Source: Utricularia gibba
Taxonomy: Eukaryota; Plantae; Magnoliophyta
Direction of reading: 5' to 3'
NCBI GenBank assembly: GCA_002189035.1
Contig: CM007990.1
Span: 5,084,001-5,148,000, forward strand
Length of the DNA stretch: 64,000 nt
Under the pieces are notes generated by a model. It made no database searches. It was not told the DNA's origin and saw only the letters and a program-made list of their open reading frames with translations. Positions 26,472 through 40,300 of the stretch are shown piece after piece; positions within the stretch are counted from its first letter, which is position 1, and every line of letters begins with the position of its first letter. Both the position numbers and the translations under genes were made by a program.

Positions 26472-29400
26472 ATGATTGTCCGGTTAGGCTTCGTTGTCGC
26501 TGCTTCAATCGCAGCCTATACTATACGGCAGATAAATGTCCAGAATTCTAGGCCTCAAGAAAAATCACAAAGTAAGCTAGCCATCTGTTTATCTCAGTTC
26601 TGTGATTCTCTTCTTCCATGCTGGTTTTTATTCCGTTCTGTGTATTTGGTAGAAAGGGATGAACCTACTCATGATCATACACGTGAGGAGGATGGAGAGG
26701 GTGTTTTGGAGCAGGACCTCACAGAGGTGAATGCACATACTTTACTTTTTGGCTTTATGTCTACTTTGAGCCATGCCCATGGATTTTGATTCTTCTAGTG
26801 TCACAGTTTGAAGCGGAAGAAGAGAAGGAAGAAGTCAAGTTAATCAGCAGCATCATCAATCCTGCTTTAACCTGCTCGCCGGATTTTGAAGATGAGCTTT
26901 TACCGGAATTCGAATCACTTTTATCCGGCGAAATTGAGTTTCCTTTGCCTACTGACAAATATGACACTGATGCTGACATGGTTTATGAGTATGAAATGGC
27001 GAACAATGCTAATGAACTTGAGAGACTGAGAAGCCTTGTCAAGGAGTTGGAAGATAGGGAAGTGAAGCTTGAAGGTGAGCTTCTGGAGTATTATGGATTG
27101 AAGGAACAAGAATCAAACATTTTGGAGTTGCAGAAGCAGCTCAAGATCAAGACAGTGGAGATTGATATGCTTCAAATCACCATAAATTCATTACAAGCTG
27201 AAAGGAAGAAGCTTCAGGAGGAGGTTTCTGCAGTTGCTGCTGCCAGGAAAGAACTTGAATTGTCAAGGAAGAAGATTAAGGAACTGCAGAAGCAAATTCA
27301 GCTTGAGGCGAATCAAACCAAAGGTCAGCTTCTGCTTCTTAAGCAGCAAGTCACTACACTGCAAGCTAAGGAGCAGGAAGCTGTGAAGAAAGATGAAGAA
27401 GTTGAAAAGAAGCTTAAAGCTGTGAAGGAGCTGGAAGTGGAAGTGATAGAACTCAAAAGGAAGAACAGGGAACTCCAACATGAGAAAAGGGAATTGATAG
27501 TTAAACTTGATGCTGCCGAAGCTAATGTCAGGATGCTTTCCAACATGTCTGAGGTAAGTAGTTTCATTATATCAATCTGATATAAGATCACGTCTGTTTC
27601 CACATGCTGATTTAAGCATACTGCAGAACGAGATGGTTGCAAAGGTACAAGAAGAGTTCAGTGAACTGAGGCATAAAAATGAGGACCTGGTTAAACAAGT
27701 AGAAGGCCTCCAGATGAACAGATTCTGTGAAGTTGAGGAGCTAGTTTATCTACGTTGGGTTAACGCTTGTCTGCGGTACGAGCTGCGGAACTATCAAACA
27801 CCGTCTGGAAGAGTATCAGCTCGTGATCTTAGCAAGAGCTTGAGTCCAAAATCACAGGAGAAGGCTAAACAGCTTATGCTGGAATATGCAGGATCAGAGC
27901 GTGGAGGGATACCGATATTGAGAGCAACTTCGATAACATGTCTGTTGATAGTGAGGATTTTGACAATGCTTCTATAGATAGTTCTGTCAGCAAAATGAGC
28001 AGTAAGAAGCCAAACTTGATTCAGAAGCTGAAGAGATGGGGAAAGAGTAGGGATGATTCAAGTACATTTTCCCCAGCAAGATCTTTTACAAGTTCTCCAA
28101 GTAGGCATGCTGTCAGCCATGTCCCGAAGGGTCCTCTGGAAGCCTTGATGCTAAGAAATGCTGGGGATAGCGTGGCTATAACTTCATTTGGCGTATCAGA
28201 AGCTGAAGATCCAAATTCCCCGGAGACTCCAAAATTACCTCCTATTCGAGTTCAAGATCCCTCTTCTGATGCACTGAACTCTGTTGCATCATCGTTCCAG
28301 CTGATGTCAAAGTCAGTTGAGGGTGTGCTTGAAGAGAAGTACCCAGCTTTCAAAGACCGACATAATCTTGCTTCCGAACGAGAGAAGAAGATCAAGGAAA
28401 AAGCTCAGCAAGCAAGAGCTGTGAGATTTGGTGATCCTCTAAGAGGAAGTGGGAAACCTGTAGCTTTACCTCCCAAGCTTGCTGTTATAAAAGAGAGACA
28501 TGTTCCCACGGGGGATTCGACTGATCCTTCGAATGAAAATGCTGCCGATTCTACTATTGTGAGCAAAATGCAGCTTGCCCAGATTGAGAAACGAGCTCCT
28601 AGAGTACCAAAACCACCTCCTACCGGAGGCTCATCAACAGATGCAAACACAAATGTGTCCGGTGGGGCACAAGCTGGTGCACCTCGACCACCACCACCGC
28701 CGCCTCCTCCCGGCGGAGGGCCTCCTCGGCCTCCACCGCCGCCGCCACCAGGGAGTGCCTCAAAAGAAGCTGCAAGTGGGGAAAAGGTTCAACGTGCTCC
28801 AGAACTAGTCGAGTTTTATCATGTATTGACGAAACGCGAGGCCAAGAAAGACACTTCGTCCTTGATTTCTGCATCTTCTAACGTCTCCGATGCAAGGAGC
28901 AACATGATCGGCGAGATTGAGAACAAGTCATCCTTCCTTTTAGCGGTAAGTTGCTACTTCTCTTCTCCAGTAGAAACACTGATCATTTTGCTCACTGCGT
29001 ACAATGGAAACCTTGAATCAGGTTAAAGCTGATGTGGAGACACAGGGTGACTTTGTCATGTCACTTGCCACCGAAGTGCGAGCCTCCACTTTCAACAAAA
29101 TCGAAGATTTGGTGTCTTTTGTCAACTGGCTGGATGAAGAGCTCTCATTCCTAGTACACTCCCAATACTCTATTACAAATCCTCTCTAGATCATGTCACC
29201 AGATTCTTACAACTTTTATGGCTTGAAACATCTCTTCTAGGTCGACGAGCGCGCCGTGCTCAAGCACTTCGACTGGCCAGAGGGCAAAGCAGATGCATTA
29301 AGAGAGGCAGCATTCGAATATCAAGATCTGATGAAGCTGGAGAAGCATGTTTCATCCTTCATCGATGACCCAAATCTTCCCTGCGATCCTGCTCTCAACA

Positions 29401-29998
29401 AGATGTACAAGCTACTCGAAAAGTAAGTCCCATCATCTCTAAAAAGCTCCATATTTTCCATCCCAATACCATCAAGCTGAGACGCGGTCACATGCTCCAG
29501 AGTGGAGCAGAGCGTATACGCCCTGTTACGAACAAGGGACATGGCGATTTCGAAGTACAGAGAATTCGGCATCCCCGTCTATTGGCTACAAGATTCCGGA
29601 GTAGTTGGGAAGGTAAACTTCCAGCTAAACCCGCCATTCATCCTTTCCCTTTCAATGCATCAGTAACACAATCCATGCATTGCAGATCAAGCTTTCATCA
29701 GTACAGTTGGCCCGAAAGTACATGAAACGAGTTGCCGTGGAGCTCGATGCCATGAACGAACCAGAGAAGGAGCCCAACAAAGAGTTCCTGTTACTTCAAG
29801 GCATTCGCTTTGCCTTCAGAGTCCACCAGGTTCATTAGTTCATCATCCCTTTTTGATTACATAAAACTCCAGTTGCATTTTATCCAATACTTCACCTGCA
29901 ACTTCTCGTTTCAGTTCGCCGGAGGATTCGATGCAGAAAGCATGAAGGCTTTTGAAGAGCTAAGAAGCAGAGCCAACCCACAGAACAAGACAGAGTAG
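26472..29998 (+). CDS. CHUP1: CHLOROPLAST UNUSUAL POSITIONING 1; one apparent 1-nt frameshift at about 27906
   Basis: N-terminal anchor MIVRLGFVVAASIAAY, EFESLLSGEIE, long coiled coil, EELVYLRWVNACLRYELRNY, poly-Pro region, RAPELVEFY, and the C-terminal domain (DWPEGKADALREAA, FAGGFDAESMKAFEELR). Frame breaks at GGAGGGATACC, where GGA GGG GAT ACC (GGDT) is expected. Confidence 0.95.
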
Positions 29999-30932
29999 TG
30001 AGAGATCATCCCTGTATCTATTGTATTCACTCGAACTACACACAATGTATTGCAGTTCGTTGAACCAAAATAGTTTTTTTTTTTGAAAATTTAATATTAA
30101 ATACAAATTACAATACTTTTTTTTTCTTAATTTCTGGCACTATTTTATTTATATTAAATGGAACATTATCCTATTATAGTAGTAATTTCTAAATTTCAGA
30201 AAATAATATTAAAAAATTGAAAAAGAAGATTGCACCCATCTTCGCGAATCTTCTTTTGGTGTGGGTTGGCGGCCAGTGGATAAGGCCGTTTATTTACAAT
30301 TCGCACCTTCATCTCTGCGTTTATCACGCAAACACCCCCAAAATATTATAATTTAATAAATTATTTGGCTATTTTCTCAATTCACCTATTAATTAATCCC
30401 GTGGAATGCATCACTTCATTTTAAGATTATAGATGATTTAAATTAATATTACTATAAGATTTATCTATTAAAATGAATATTATTTAAATTTTATACTTAA
30501 ACCTAACTATTTACAACTATTTTTATAGTAAAAATAATAAAAAAATTGAATACATTTGGTATGAGGTGATTTTAGTAAAGTGGGGTTTAAAATGAGAATA
30601 AACGGAATTATGGGGACCAAACCGCAATAAAGTTGTCGTCCTTATCTCTAGATGGTCAACGCCAAGTCGTCACGCCTATTGCTAGAAACCCCCTCGTAAT
30701 ATTAAATTATCAAAATTCGACCCACACACCCTCCATTCCTCTCTGTCTCTCTGACTCGACATTTTCAACGTTCTTCTGTACGCGGCGGCCCGATTTCAAT
30801 CGTATTTTCCTTTCCGGGGATCCTGCCTCGTGATTCCCAAACAGGGCTTGACTCTGAAAGATTCCTCCGCAATCAAAATCATTTCTTTGTTCGCTCAGGA
30901 GGATTCTGATTCGGTTCTGGGATTCGGTGTAA

Positions 30933-31977
30933 ATGAGTGGAGGAAACGAGCGAACTAGGAGGAGGATAAGCAAGGATTATGTGCAGGGATTGGAGAAAGA
31001 ACGCTGTAAGATTCAGATGTTTCAGCGCGAGCTTCCTCTGAGTTTCGAGCTTGTCACTAAAGGTATGGTTTCTTTGTAAGAATTTGCTGCTGCTGTTGAG
31101 GCCTTGAAGTTGAAAGGTCCTTTTTTTGTTCACTTTTTGTTGTTTTGAAGCCATTGAGACATGCAAGGAGCAGTTATCGCTATCTGGGTCAACGTGTGAA
31201 TACAATTTTCTAAGCCAATGGGAGTTTCCTGAGCAAACAAGGGCGATGAAGAAGATGGAGGAATTCATGCCGTTGAAAAGAGTAGTCTCTGAGAAATCAG
31301 AGTGGCTTAGAACTGTTCATCTCTGGAACCAAAGCTCGGATCCACCACCCCAAAAGGTACTCTCTTTTTTACTGTTGTGTTCATCATCTGCAGTCTCTTA
31401 TCAACACGTTATGATCTTGTGGCATTTGGTTCAGATTTCGCAGCCCACAGAAGCAGCTCCGGCACCCGACGCTACGTCGCCGGGGACAGGGGGCGCAAGA
31501 AAGAAGCAGCAGATGGGAGGGAAGACACAGAGGAAGATAAGGAGAAATTGGTCGCCGGAGCTGCACCAAAGATTCTTACACGCACTGGAACACCTCGGCG
31601 GATCGCAGTGTGCGTTTGTGTGATCCCAATGAACTTACAATGAAATCATCTCTTGTCCTCATAAACACTTGTTCATTGTTCTAGACAGTGGCTACGCCTA
31701 AACGAATCAAGGAGCTGATGAAGGAAGATGGTCTCTCAAGCGATGAGATCAAAAGCCATTTACAGGTGACAGGCTACTGTTGGAATACTGTTTTCCCGTG
31801 TCATTCAAGCTAAAGTCTCTGTGGTGGTGATTCCTCTAGAAATATCGGTTGCAAGCGACAAAACGGCCATCAGTAGCCACCGCACAGCCGCCGCAACAGG
31901 TGGCGCCCGACGGAATTTGGGTGCCTCCAGAGTTCACTTCAAAGGCCACAACCACTGCACCGGAATCTAACAAGTAA
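30933..31977 (+). CDS. HRS1/HHO/NIGT1-family GARP (G2-like MYB) transcription factor, 5 exons, about 241 aa
   Basis: [84 protein letters not shown]. Exons 30933-31062, 31151-31356, 31435-31609, 31689-31765, 31840-31977. Confidence 0.9.
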
Positions 31978-31992
31978 CGTCTTCCCATTGAA

Positions 31993-31996
<4 letters not shown>

Positions 31997-32046
<50 letters not shown>
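31997..32046 (+). repeat. (AG)25 microsatellite just 3' of the HHO stop
   Basis: Perfect AG dinucleotide run seen directly. Confidence 0.97.
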
Positions 32047-32049
<3 letters not shown>

Positions 32050-33480
32050 ACTATCAGTGGACCGGCGCAACAAGATGTTGGATCTGTGCAGGAGGCGCCC
32101 TTTCCTTTCTAACCACAGAACACGTGTCTCCACTGTAACGTAATGTTGGAAAGTTGTCACTGTGTGGTGTGTCATTTGTGATGTAAAGAAGATGACGAGT
32201 ACTTTTTTATCAGGTTTTTTTTTTGTCCCAACCATTATTATTACTATTAATTTAATATTTTTTGAAAAATTATAATGGATTTTTTATTAAAAATATGGGA
32301 AAAGGTTTTTTTATTTTCTCAATAAGGCTTGTGACGGCCCAATAAGGGTTGTGGTGTGAAGCCCGGTAACGGCCCATTAATCTGCCTATTTTTTTCAAAA
32401 CCAAAATAAACAATATTTTTTATTATTAATTAATCTGTTGGGAGCTTGATTAATGTACGCTGTATTTACAGGCGGCTCCAGTGTAAGAGTGTGAAGGGAA
32501 GAGGGCAGGCGGCGGCGACGGCGGCGGTGGGCGGGGGAGGTGGGAATGAGGGGTATAGCGGAGGAGGCCGGGGGTGACAAAAGTTGCAGGCGGCGGTTGA
32601 GACGGGAGTCCGTACTCCTCCCTCTCCTCCTGCGTCTGCGTCTGTCAGGCATCGTAGCAGGCGCATGGGTCGTCGCCATCCTCCAATCTCCATGAAAATT
32701 AATTGCCCATTTACTTCTTTCTCCTAACAAAATTGAATGAATCCTTCGCCCCCTCCCGCCGGTAAACCCACATTTCATCACCATCGCATCATTCTTGTAA
32801 CACCTGAAATTAACTCCACCCAAATTTCACTTCCCCGCTTCAGTAAAATCAGAAATCACCCTCACCCCTCCTGCTACTGTTTATTTATTTTTATTTCCTT
32901 CACTCTGCCCGAGAAGATACCAATTCTTGTACTGTGGTCTGTACATCAGCTCTCCCTTTTTTCAGTTCTCAAAATGCTTCATTTTTTATACGATACGACT
33001 ATAGGTTCCTTAGGAACTCATTGTACCTTGAATGAATGATGACTAAATTACGATATCGATCAAAAGCTCCAGTCTTTGGATGATTCACATTTGCTCTTTG
33101 AACTTTATTTTTTTCCCGGGCCACATGATCCCGGGGAAGACGACTGTGAATCTGAGGTTTTCTTGCACCAGTCGATATGCCCGTGCTTGTCATGTGACTG
33201 TGAGGGAGGAGTGGCGTATCTCCGGCCAGGAAGAAGTAATTACTTTGAATTTTATACGAGGCATGTGTGCTTTGAGGCCGTTGGCTTCTGCTGCGGAAGA
33301 TATATCCTGATTTTTTCGGCAGGCTTTTTTTTTGGGTTTTATAGCTTTATATTAAGCTGTCATTTCTGCCTTTTTCGTTTCCCTTCTTTTTTCTTTCTTC
33401 TTCGGCTTATTTGTCCATTTCAACTTCATTGCGCCCACAGGGGAAATCCAGAAAAATCGCTCTAAGTGAACGGGGTTGAA

Positions 33481-35877
33481 ATGCATAGTTTCAAAGCTGC
33501 TGCTGCAACGCAAGCCATGGTGCTGAACAACTCAGATGTTTATTGCCAGCACCAGTCAACATTTTATCAAAGGTGAGCTCTTCAAGTTGGACTACTTTAT
33601 GGTTACTTAAGAATCATGCAGGCGACTGAGAGTTGATTATTAAAGCTTTCTCTCCGTTTTGTTTCTTCTGCATGCGCAACAAATGTAGAGATGAAGATAG
33701 TAGAAATGGAACGCGTTTTGCAGATCTTGGGGAGCTTGAGCAGTCTACTGAAAATGGTTTTCACAATGATGATGCTGGCTTGAGTAGAAGTGAGTTCCTT
33801 TCCTTTTTCTACAGAAGCTCTTCACCCGCGTTTTATCTTGCTTGTTTCTCACAACACTTAAAGCATCTCCGTTAGGCGCAATGTACACCGCGATGAAGAC
33901 AACCAACGTTTCCGCTATCTCCAGTGGCTTGCAATTTGGGGGGCATAATAACGTATGCTTCTCTTCGCCGAACATTGCTTGAACTGAACTTCCGTTCACA
34001 CGTTTTCTTAAGCTGCCCTGTGTTTGGTCACAGAGTTTGGCTTCTGCTGAGATGTTTCCTCCTGGAGCAACTGCAGTTGATTCAAGCCGATTCGCTGTGC
34101 CGAAAGGTCCGCTGGCCGGTATTGGGGCCGGAAATGGGTATCTGGTGAGCGGCCCTTTTGAGAACTGGGCAGACTCAGGGATGCTCGCGGACAACAGTCA
34201 ACAAACGGACACTTCCACAGACACTGATGACAAAAACCAGGTACTAGTCTTGTTCTAAGCTTGAAAATTAGATCTTCAAGGGAAATATTTCTTGGGTTTA
34301 CACCAACAAAATTCCTGAGCTGCACTTGCAACGAGGTCTCATTGCTGCTTTTTCTGGCTACAATTGTACCGGCTATGAAATCTTAAAGTTGGCAATGGGC
34401 TTAATTATTGTTTGAACTCTGCGCATGCTCTGTGCCATGGTTTTTTCCTGAACCCTTTATCTGGCTCTCCATTTTCAGTATCTGGGTGGTGAGAATCATG
34501 AAAGATTGCATGCGGATGACTCCACGAACGAGGCTAACAGGAAAGATAGAGACCAAAAGGTTGATATCTGAGCCATGGGGTTAGACCCTGAGCTTGAACT
34601 TGTTGATGGTAATCCTGTTCATCTGCTCTGATTCAGGCACTCAGGAGACTAGCTCAGAACCGCGAAGCCGCAAGGAAAAGTCGAATGAGAAAAAAAGTAA
34701 CTGTTTTTTCTTTCCTTAACCAATGTTAATGACCATAAAAATTTGCAGGTGGATGTGGATCTGAAACTTGAAAGTTCATTTCTATGTATTAGGCGTATGT
34801 GCAGCAGCTTGAAAACAGTCGTCTGAAGCTTGCACAATTGGAACAGGAGCTGAAAAGGGCTCGTCAGCCAGTAATGCTTGTTTTGAATGCAGTATTTTGG
34901 ATTCCCAGTTCATGATCTGATTGATCTTCTGTACTCAACTACAGGGTCCCTTCCTCAGCAACGGGGGGGTAGCAGATCAGTGTAATTCCGCGGGTGGAAA
35001 TGGTGAGTGAAGCAACCTTTGTGTCCTCAGTTATCCCGGTTAAACGAAACCATGTTCTTGCTCTAATCAACTTCAGCAGGTAGTTCATCATTTGACCTCA
35101 GCTACACAAGATGGCTAGATGAACATCAACGGCTGATAGGTGACCTCCGATCAGCCGTGAACTGCCAGGCGGGAGAGAGCGACCTCCGGCTGCTTGTGGA
35201 AGGCGTCATGTCGCATTATGATGAAGTATTCCGGTTGAAGAGCATCGGCGCAAAGTCTGATGTATTCCACATGCTTTCTGGAATGTGGAAGACTCCCACG
35301 GAGAGGTGCTTCATGTGGCTGGGAGGATTTCGTTGCTCTGAGATGCTCAAGGTGACTCAACACCATTATTCAGCGCATTTCTTACCTCCAAATGTGCATC
35401 TAACAGACAACACGCGACAGATAATCGGGAATCCAATCGAACCTCTAACAGAGCAGCAGCTAGTGGGAATGTGCAATCTGCAGCAATCATCTCAGCAGGC
35501 AGAGGATGCTCTGTCTCAGGGACTAGAAGCCTTGCAGCAATCACTTGTCGAAACGCTTTCATCCAACGGTCCTGGTCTCTGCACCTCCGGAAATGTAGCA
35601 GACTACATGGGGCAGATGTCTATTGCAATGAGCAAGCTTGCCACTCTAGAAAACTTCCTTCATCAGGTAAGATCCACTGATGGCTGCATATGTTGAATTT
35701 GTCGACATTGATTCGGTTTTGTGAGCGCAGGCGGATCTTCTTCGGCAGCAGACGCTACAGCAGCTGCAACGAATATTGACAACGCACCAGGCGGCGCGTG
35801 CTCTTCTCGCAATAAGTGATTACAGAGCAAGGCTTCGTGCATTGAGTTCTCTGTGGCTAGCTCGCCCCAGGGAATAG
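33481..35877 (+). CDS. PAN: TGA-family bZIP transcription factor, PERIANTHIA-like
   Basis: MHSFKAA..FYQR..LGELEQS..GFH N-terminus; ENWADSG..DNSQQTDTSTD; bZIP LRRLAQNREAARKSRMRKKAYVQQLE; DOG1 domain; WLARPRE* (TAG 35875-35877). The PAN subclade call rests on the N-terminus and synteny. Confidence 0.9.
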
Positions 35878-36121
35878 CGAATAGGCTAGCGATTTGGTTA
35901 TCCTACTAAGCCTGGTTTGCTCTCTTCGTTGGTAAAACGAATGATGCTTAGGTTCTTTTGGTGTAAATTTGAGGAATCAGTCGCCCGCCATGAGAATCTG
36001 TGTTGAGAACACATTCATACACTTAACCCTTTAATGGATTTATCCCATTATTCATCATCTACGTCTTAGTACACAAAACAAATGAACAGATGCTCGTCGT
36101 CGTCGTCGTCGTCTATCTGGG

Positions 36122-36503
36122 TTACACCTTCTCCATCTGCTTCTGTTTTCTCGCCCTGCTTTTCCTCCCTGCAGGCAGACAGAACAACAGTTCATTACCA
36201 CGCAAAGCTCCCAAAAAAAAAAGCCCCAAAAGGAAAAGCTCCACGCTACTACTCACTTGATCTGTTTCTGGGTTTCGATTGGAACCCCTGAGGGATGAAT
36301 ACGCCGGTGCCGGTCACCGGTCTCTGCAAATTCAATGCCGGTGGGAAGGCCACCTTCCCCACCCACAAGCAATAGCCTTCTTCAACGCGGGTTGCTTCAC
36401 TTTCCTCGTCATCTTCCGTTAGATGCAAGAGCTGCTTCCTCATCTCAGAGTAGAACACGTCATCCTCCTCAGGCAAGATCAACTCCTGCTCATGAAACTC
36501 CAT
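36122..36503 (-). CDS. Small plant-specific protein of unknown function (97 aa; exons 36503..36257 and 36168..36122)
   Basis: EEDDVFYSEMRKQLLHLTEDD and GTGVFIP motifs; GTGAGT..CTGCAG intron gives a basic tail RSRRKSRARKQKQMEKV*; TATA-like element upstream. Confidence 0.72.
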
Positions 36504-37325
36504 GATTTGATCGATCCAATGAATGGCGAAGACGCTGGATCGATCCCCTCCCGCATTTATACGTCAAAACGAGTCTATTATTTTTTTCTCTAGGCGCGGA
36601 CTTTTTTTGTAATGACGAGGCTGCGTGTGTTGATGGGGAAGTGGATTCACACCCTTTTTGTCCGAACGTTTCAAACCATTACACAACCAACTGCGTCTAT
36701 TCCCCTTTAGGTTATTTGTCAGAATTCAGTTGACCAACCACTCATCCGGGTATTCGGGTTGGTGTGTATTAGGTACCTGAACCACTTCATATTATCTTAT
36801 CTGAAAGAAATTGGTGACCCTTGATATTATAATCTTGTACCTTGCAAGAAAATCAAGAGGATCAGATTTGTAAAAGATTAGGAATCATGCGGACGGGGAC
36901 CCAGTGCTGGTCAAAACGAGGTTGCGTCTGAGATGGAAGCTTTCAAGATTCAGCCTCTGTGGTCAGCGGCGGTTTAGGGAGGCTCCACTAGAAGCACAAC
37001 AAGTCTGACCATGGAGGGGGATTGACTTGGGAGTGGAGAAAGAAGCTGCGTCAGTCAAACATCAAGGCACAGAGGCGGCAACTACGAAGAGCTGACCTTT
37101 GCAGTTAGTTTCATCCAATTGGAATGGAAGCTTCTTGTATTGAATCAGTCTGCTCGTCAGGTTCATACATGCAACTCAAAGTATCTACCATTTTGCTACA
37201 GCTAAAGGATCAGAGCCATGAGTGGTTTAACTACAGGTTTCAGGAGGTATTACCCAGAGCTGTCTGAGAGGTAAAAGAACCACACGGGGAGATAGCGGAG
37301 ACTGATGGACGCTCATACTCACCTC

Positions 37326-40300
37326 CTAAGTTGACATCATCACGTTATCCGTGGAGTTTAGTGCTTGGATGGCGAAAAAACGGACATCTACATCGGGGTC
37401 CTCTGTGAGCTCTACCAAGGCGGGGCGCACTGTTTTATCCACCACCTATGCATATGGAGAAAGTCATCGGTTGAGATGTGCGAAATCTGAATGAAGTTCA
37501 AGCAATACTTGAGAGGAAAATCAAACTCACAGATTGGTCAATGATGGGTATTATGGACTGCAACACTTTGGCCACGTTAAACTTGATGTTGGGCACCCTG
37601 CTTTGGTGAAATTAGTGAGTGGAAGTAAGAGGATGCAGCTGGACCAGAGCAAAAGTGGGAGGAAAACTACCGGTCCTTTGATGAGTTAACGATCACGGGC
37701 AGTAATGTTGAGCATGTTATTTCTGCGCCCATCACAGGTGCCAGCAATGAAATTGCTTGGAGCACAGTCATCCGGTACAAATAATGTGGATTCTTTATCA
37801 TCTCCAGAACCTGTGCAGAGGTTGTTGGAAGATGTTTGGTGGAAATCAATATGCGAATGGTTGGTTACCTGAGGCACTATATGCTGCATTGCCCATTCCG
37901 GACCAAACTCCTCGGCTAAGCGCTTCAGGTTATTCGCAGCAGCATCTCGGATAGAGTAAACCTGAAAAAATATATTGAACAGCTTGATGGAAAGTGGGTT
38001 TTCCAAAAATTACATGCACGAGGTTCAAACAATTGGGACATGTGAAGATGATTTCAGTATTGACAGAATGGTTTCAAAACCTTATCCTGCAACCATTGCA
38101 TGCAAAGTGCACCAAGCTTTTCATCGAAAAAGCCAACACCGAGTTGACTAGCGAGGAGAGGTATGTACTCAATAATAGCTAGGCGAACCCTCCAGTGCCT
38201 ATCTTCTGCAAGTTCAACAATTGCTGGTAATAGCGACTGAGATAGCAAATCAATACCAATAACCTGCGAGTTTATACAAGAGTAACAAGTTTTAGGTGAG
38301 CTATCACAAACTTGCTTATTTCATCTAGATAAATGGTATATATCACAGACCTGGTTGACTTGATCGAGCTTGCTGATAATGTTGAGACGGACATCAGGGA
38401 ATTCGTCCTTCAAGAGAGAGAGAAATATTGGAAGGAGCTGCTCAATTGTTGCATCCTGATCAAACACATCCAATGTTTTGGTAAACCAAAGAAACTACAC
38501 GTAAAAGCATAGTAATATGAACTAGACGACAGCTAGAAAATAAAATTCAACAAGAACATAAAATGACAGGATTTTCATATCCAAGTAACTGAAAGATAGC
38601 CATGTTCGTTTCCTAGTTGTCATTCCAAATCTTGCCCCTCATTCTGAAAGGAAATGCATAAATTCACATATTTATGATAAGATGTTTTGCATTTCATTCA
38701 TACGAGAAAATGCCTATAACAAGGCACCCACACTAAACGGCACCGAATTATCTTACATTGTGCTCTGATAACTCCGAAAACATAACACAATCTAAAATAC
38801 TTAGGCTAAGACCTGCCTCTCATAAAATATGAATATGATTGAACTTGCAGATAAAATTAAGCAGGCAAGACCACTTGATGATGCTCATAAACAGATAATA
38901 ATTTGGAATCCTCAAAATCTAAAAGCAAACAAGTAAAATATTGCTGACATGCAAAATGCCCACATAGTATGAAATAAGCTGCTCCTCGTAAATGTTCACC
39001 TTTCCTAGTACGGGAGCCATTCCCATGATAACAGATGCCAAAGCAGATCTCACATGCTGTGAAGAATCCGATGACAACTCCTAAAAGCATCAACCAGAAT
39101 TCAGAGTGAAGACATTGAATTCACCAACCAGCAAGGCATATCCATCTCCATATTTGAATGATGCAGGGTACCTTTACACATGGAAGAATATGCTGTATAG
39201 CAAGGTCTGGATTAACAATACGGCAGAATTTGGTAACTTTTCCAGCAGCAGCAATACGGACCTCTGCTTCATTATCCCGAAGCAAACGCACATAAGCAGG
39301 AACTAAATCCATCCTTGAATATAGGATAAAAAAATAATTCATCATCATGAAACAACTTCAGACTAGGAGAAAGCTAATGATCACGAGCCTACCTCGTAGG
39401 TTCAGGTCCAACAGCCTCACAAAGTTCATACAGCTGATTAGCGACCATATAGCGGACACGCCATGACTTATCCTGATGATAAATCAAGAGGAGTCTTAGG
39501 TGAATAACTGCATCCAGGTGGAGCAGAAAAGCCAATTCTCATATCACAAACAAACAAGAAACGAAAGCAACAGAAAAGCTACAATAACGAGCTTTGAAAC
39601 AACAGTGAAAGAATCATAGTGACAAAAACCTCAGAATGCTCAGACATAATTGATAACATGGCCCCAATTGTACAATACCTGTGAAAAGTTGACAATTACA
39701 GGAAGAATATGAGTAACGCAATCTTGAGGCTCCAACAACTTCCCAATAGCAGCACAGCCCTCGACAGCAAGTAATCGAACAGAATCTTGATCTGAAATAC
39801 AGATTCAGTTGACCAATTTGAGTCAGCGAGTTAACCTACCAATCTAAGAAATTCTGGAAATTCACAAATGGTAACTCAGTGCATATATTATTTCCCTCAG
39901 GAAGCGATGCTTGGAATGCAACCTTTAAAACTCACCATCTTGTGTTAGGTCTTCGAACATAGACACAATGTCTGTCTTCAGATGAGTAGGTTCAACCGTG
40001 GCAGCAAATTTCCCCAGATTCGTAGCAGCAGCTCTTCTTACCATGGGCATATCATCTTGACACAATTGACTGTATATTGATCTCAGTTCAGTCTTCAGCA
40101 TATCATGGGCGCTCAAATAAGCGATGTGAAATAGCCCGCATGCAGACACACGTGCAGTAAACCATTCGCCAGCTGCAAGCCTCTGTAGATTGAAGAAAAA
40201 CCGAGTGTGATGCAATAATGAACTTTGAATTGCAATACAACATGAGCAGTGATCAGGTCATGATAACATGCTAAGTGAAATTCATAAATACGACAATTAT

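Noticed and set aside
33302-33309. ATATCCTG as a possible U12 AT-AC donor
   Set aside because: Deviates from RTATCCTT and no TCCTTAAC-type branch site or AC acceptor follows.
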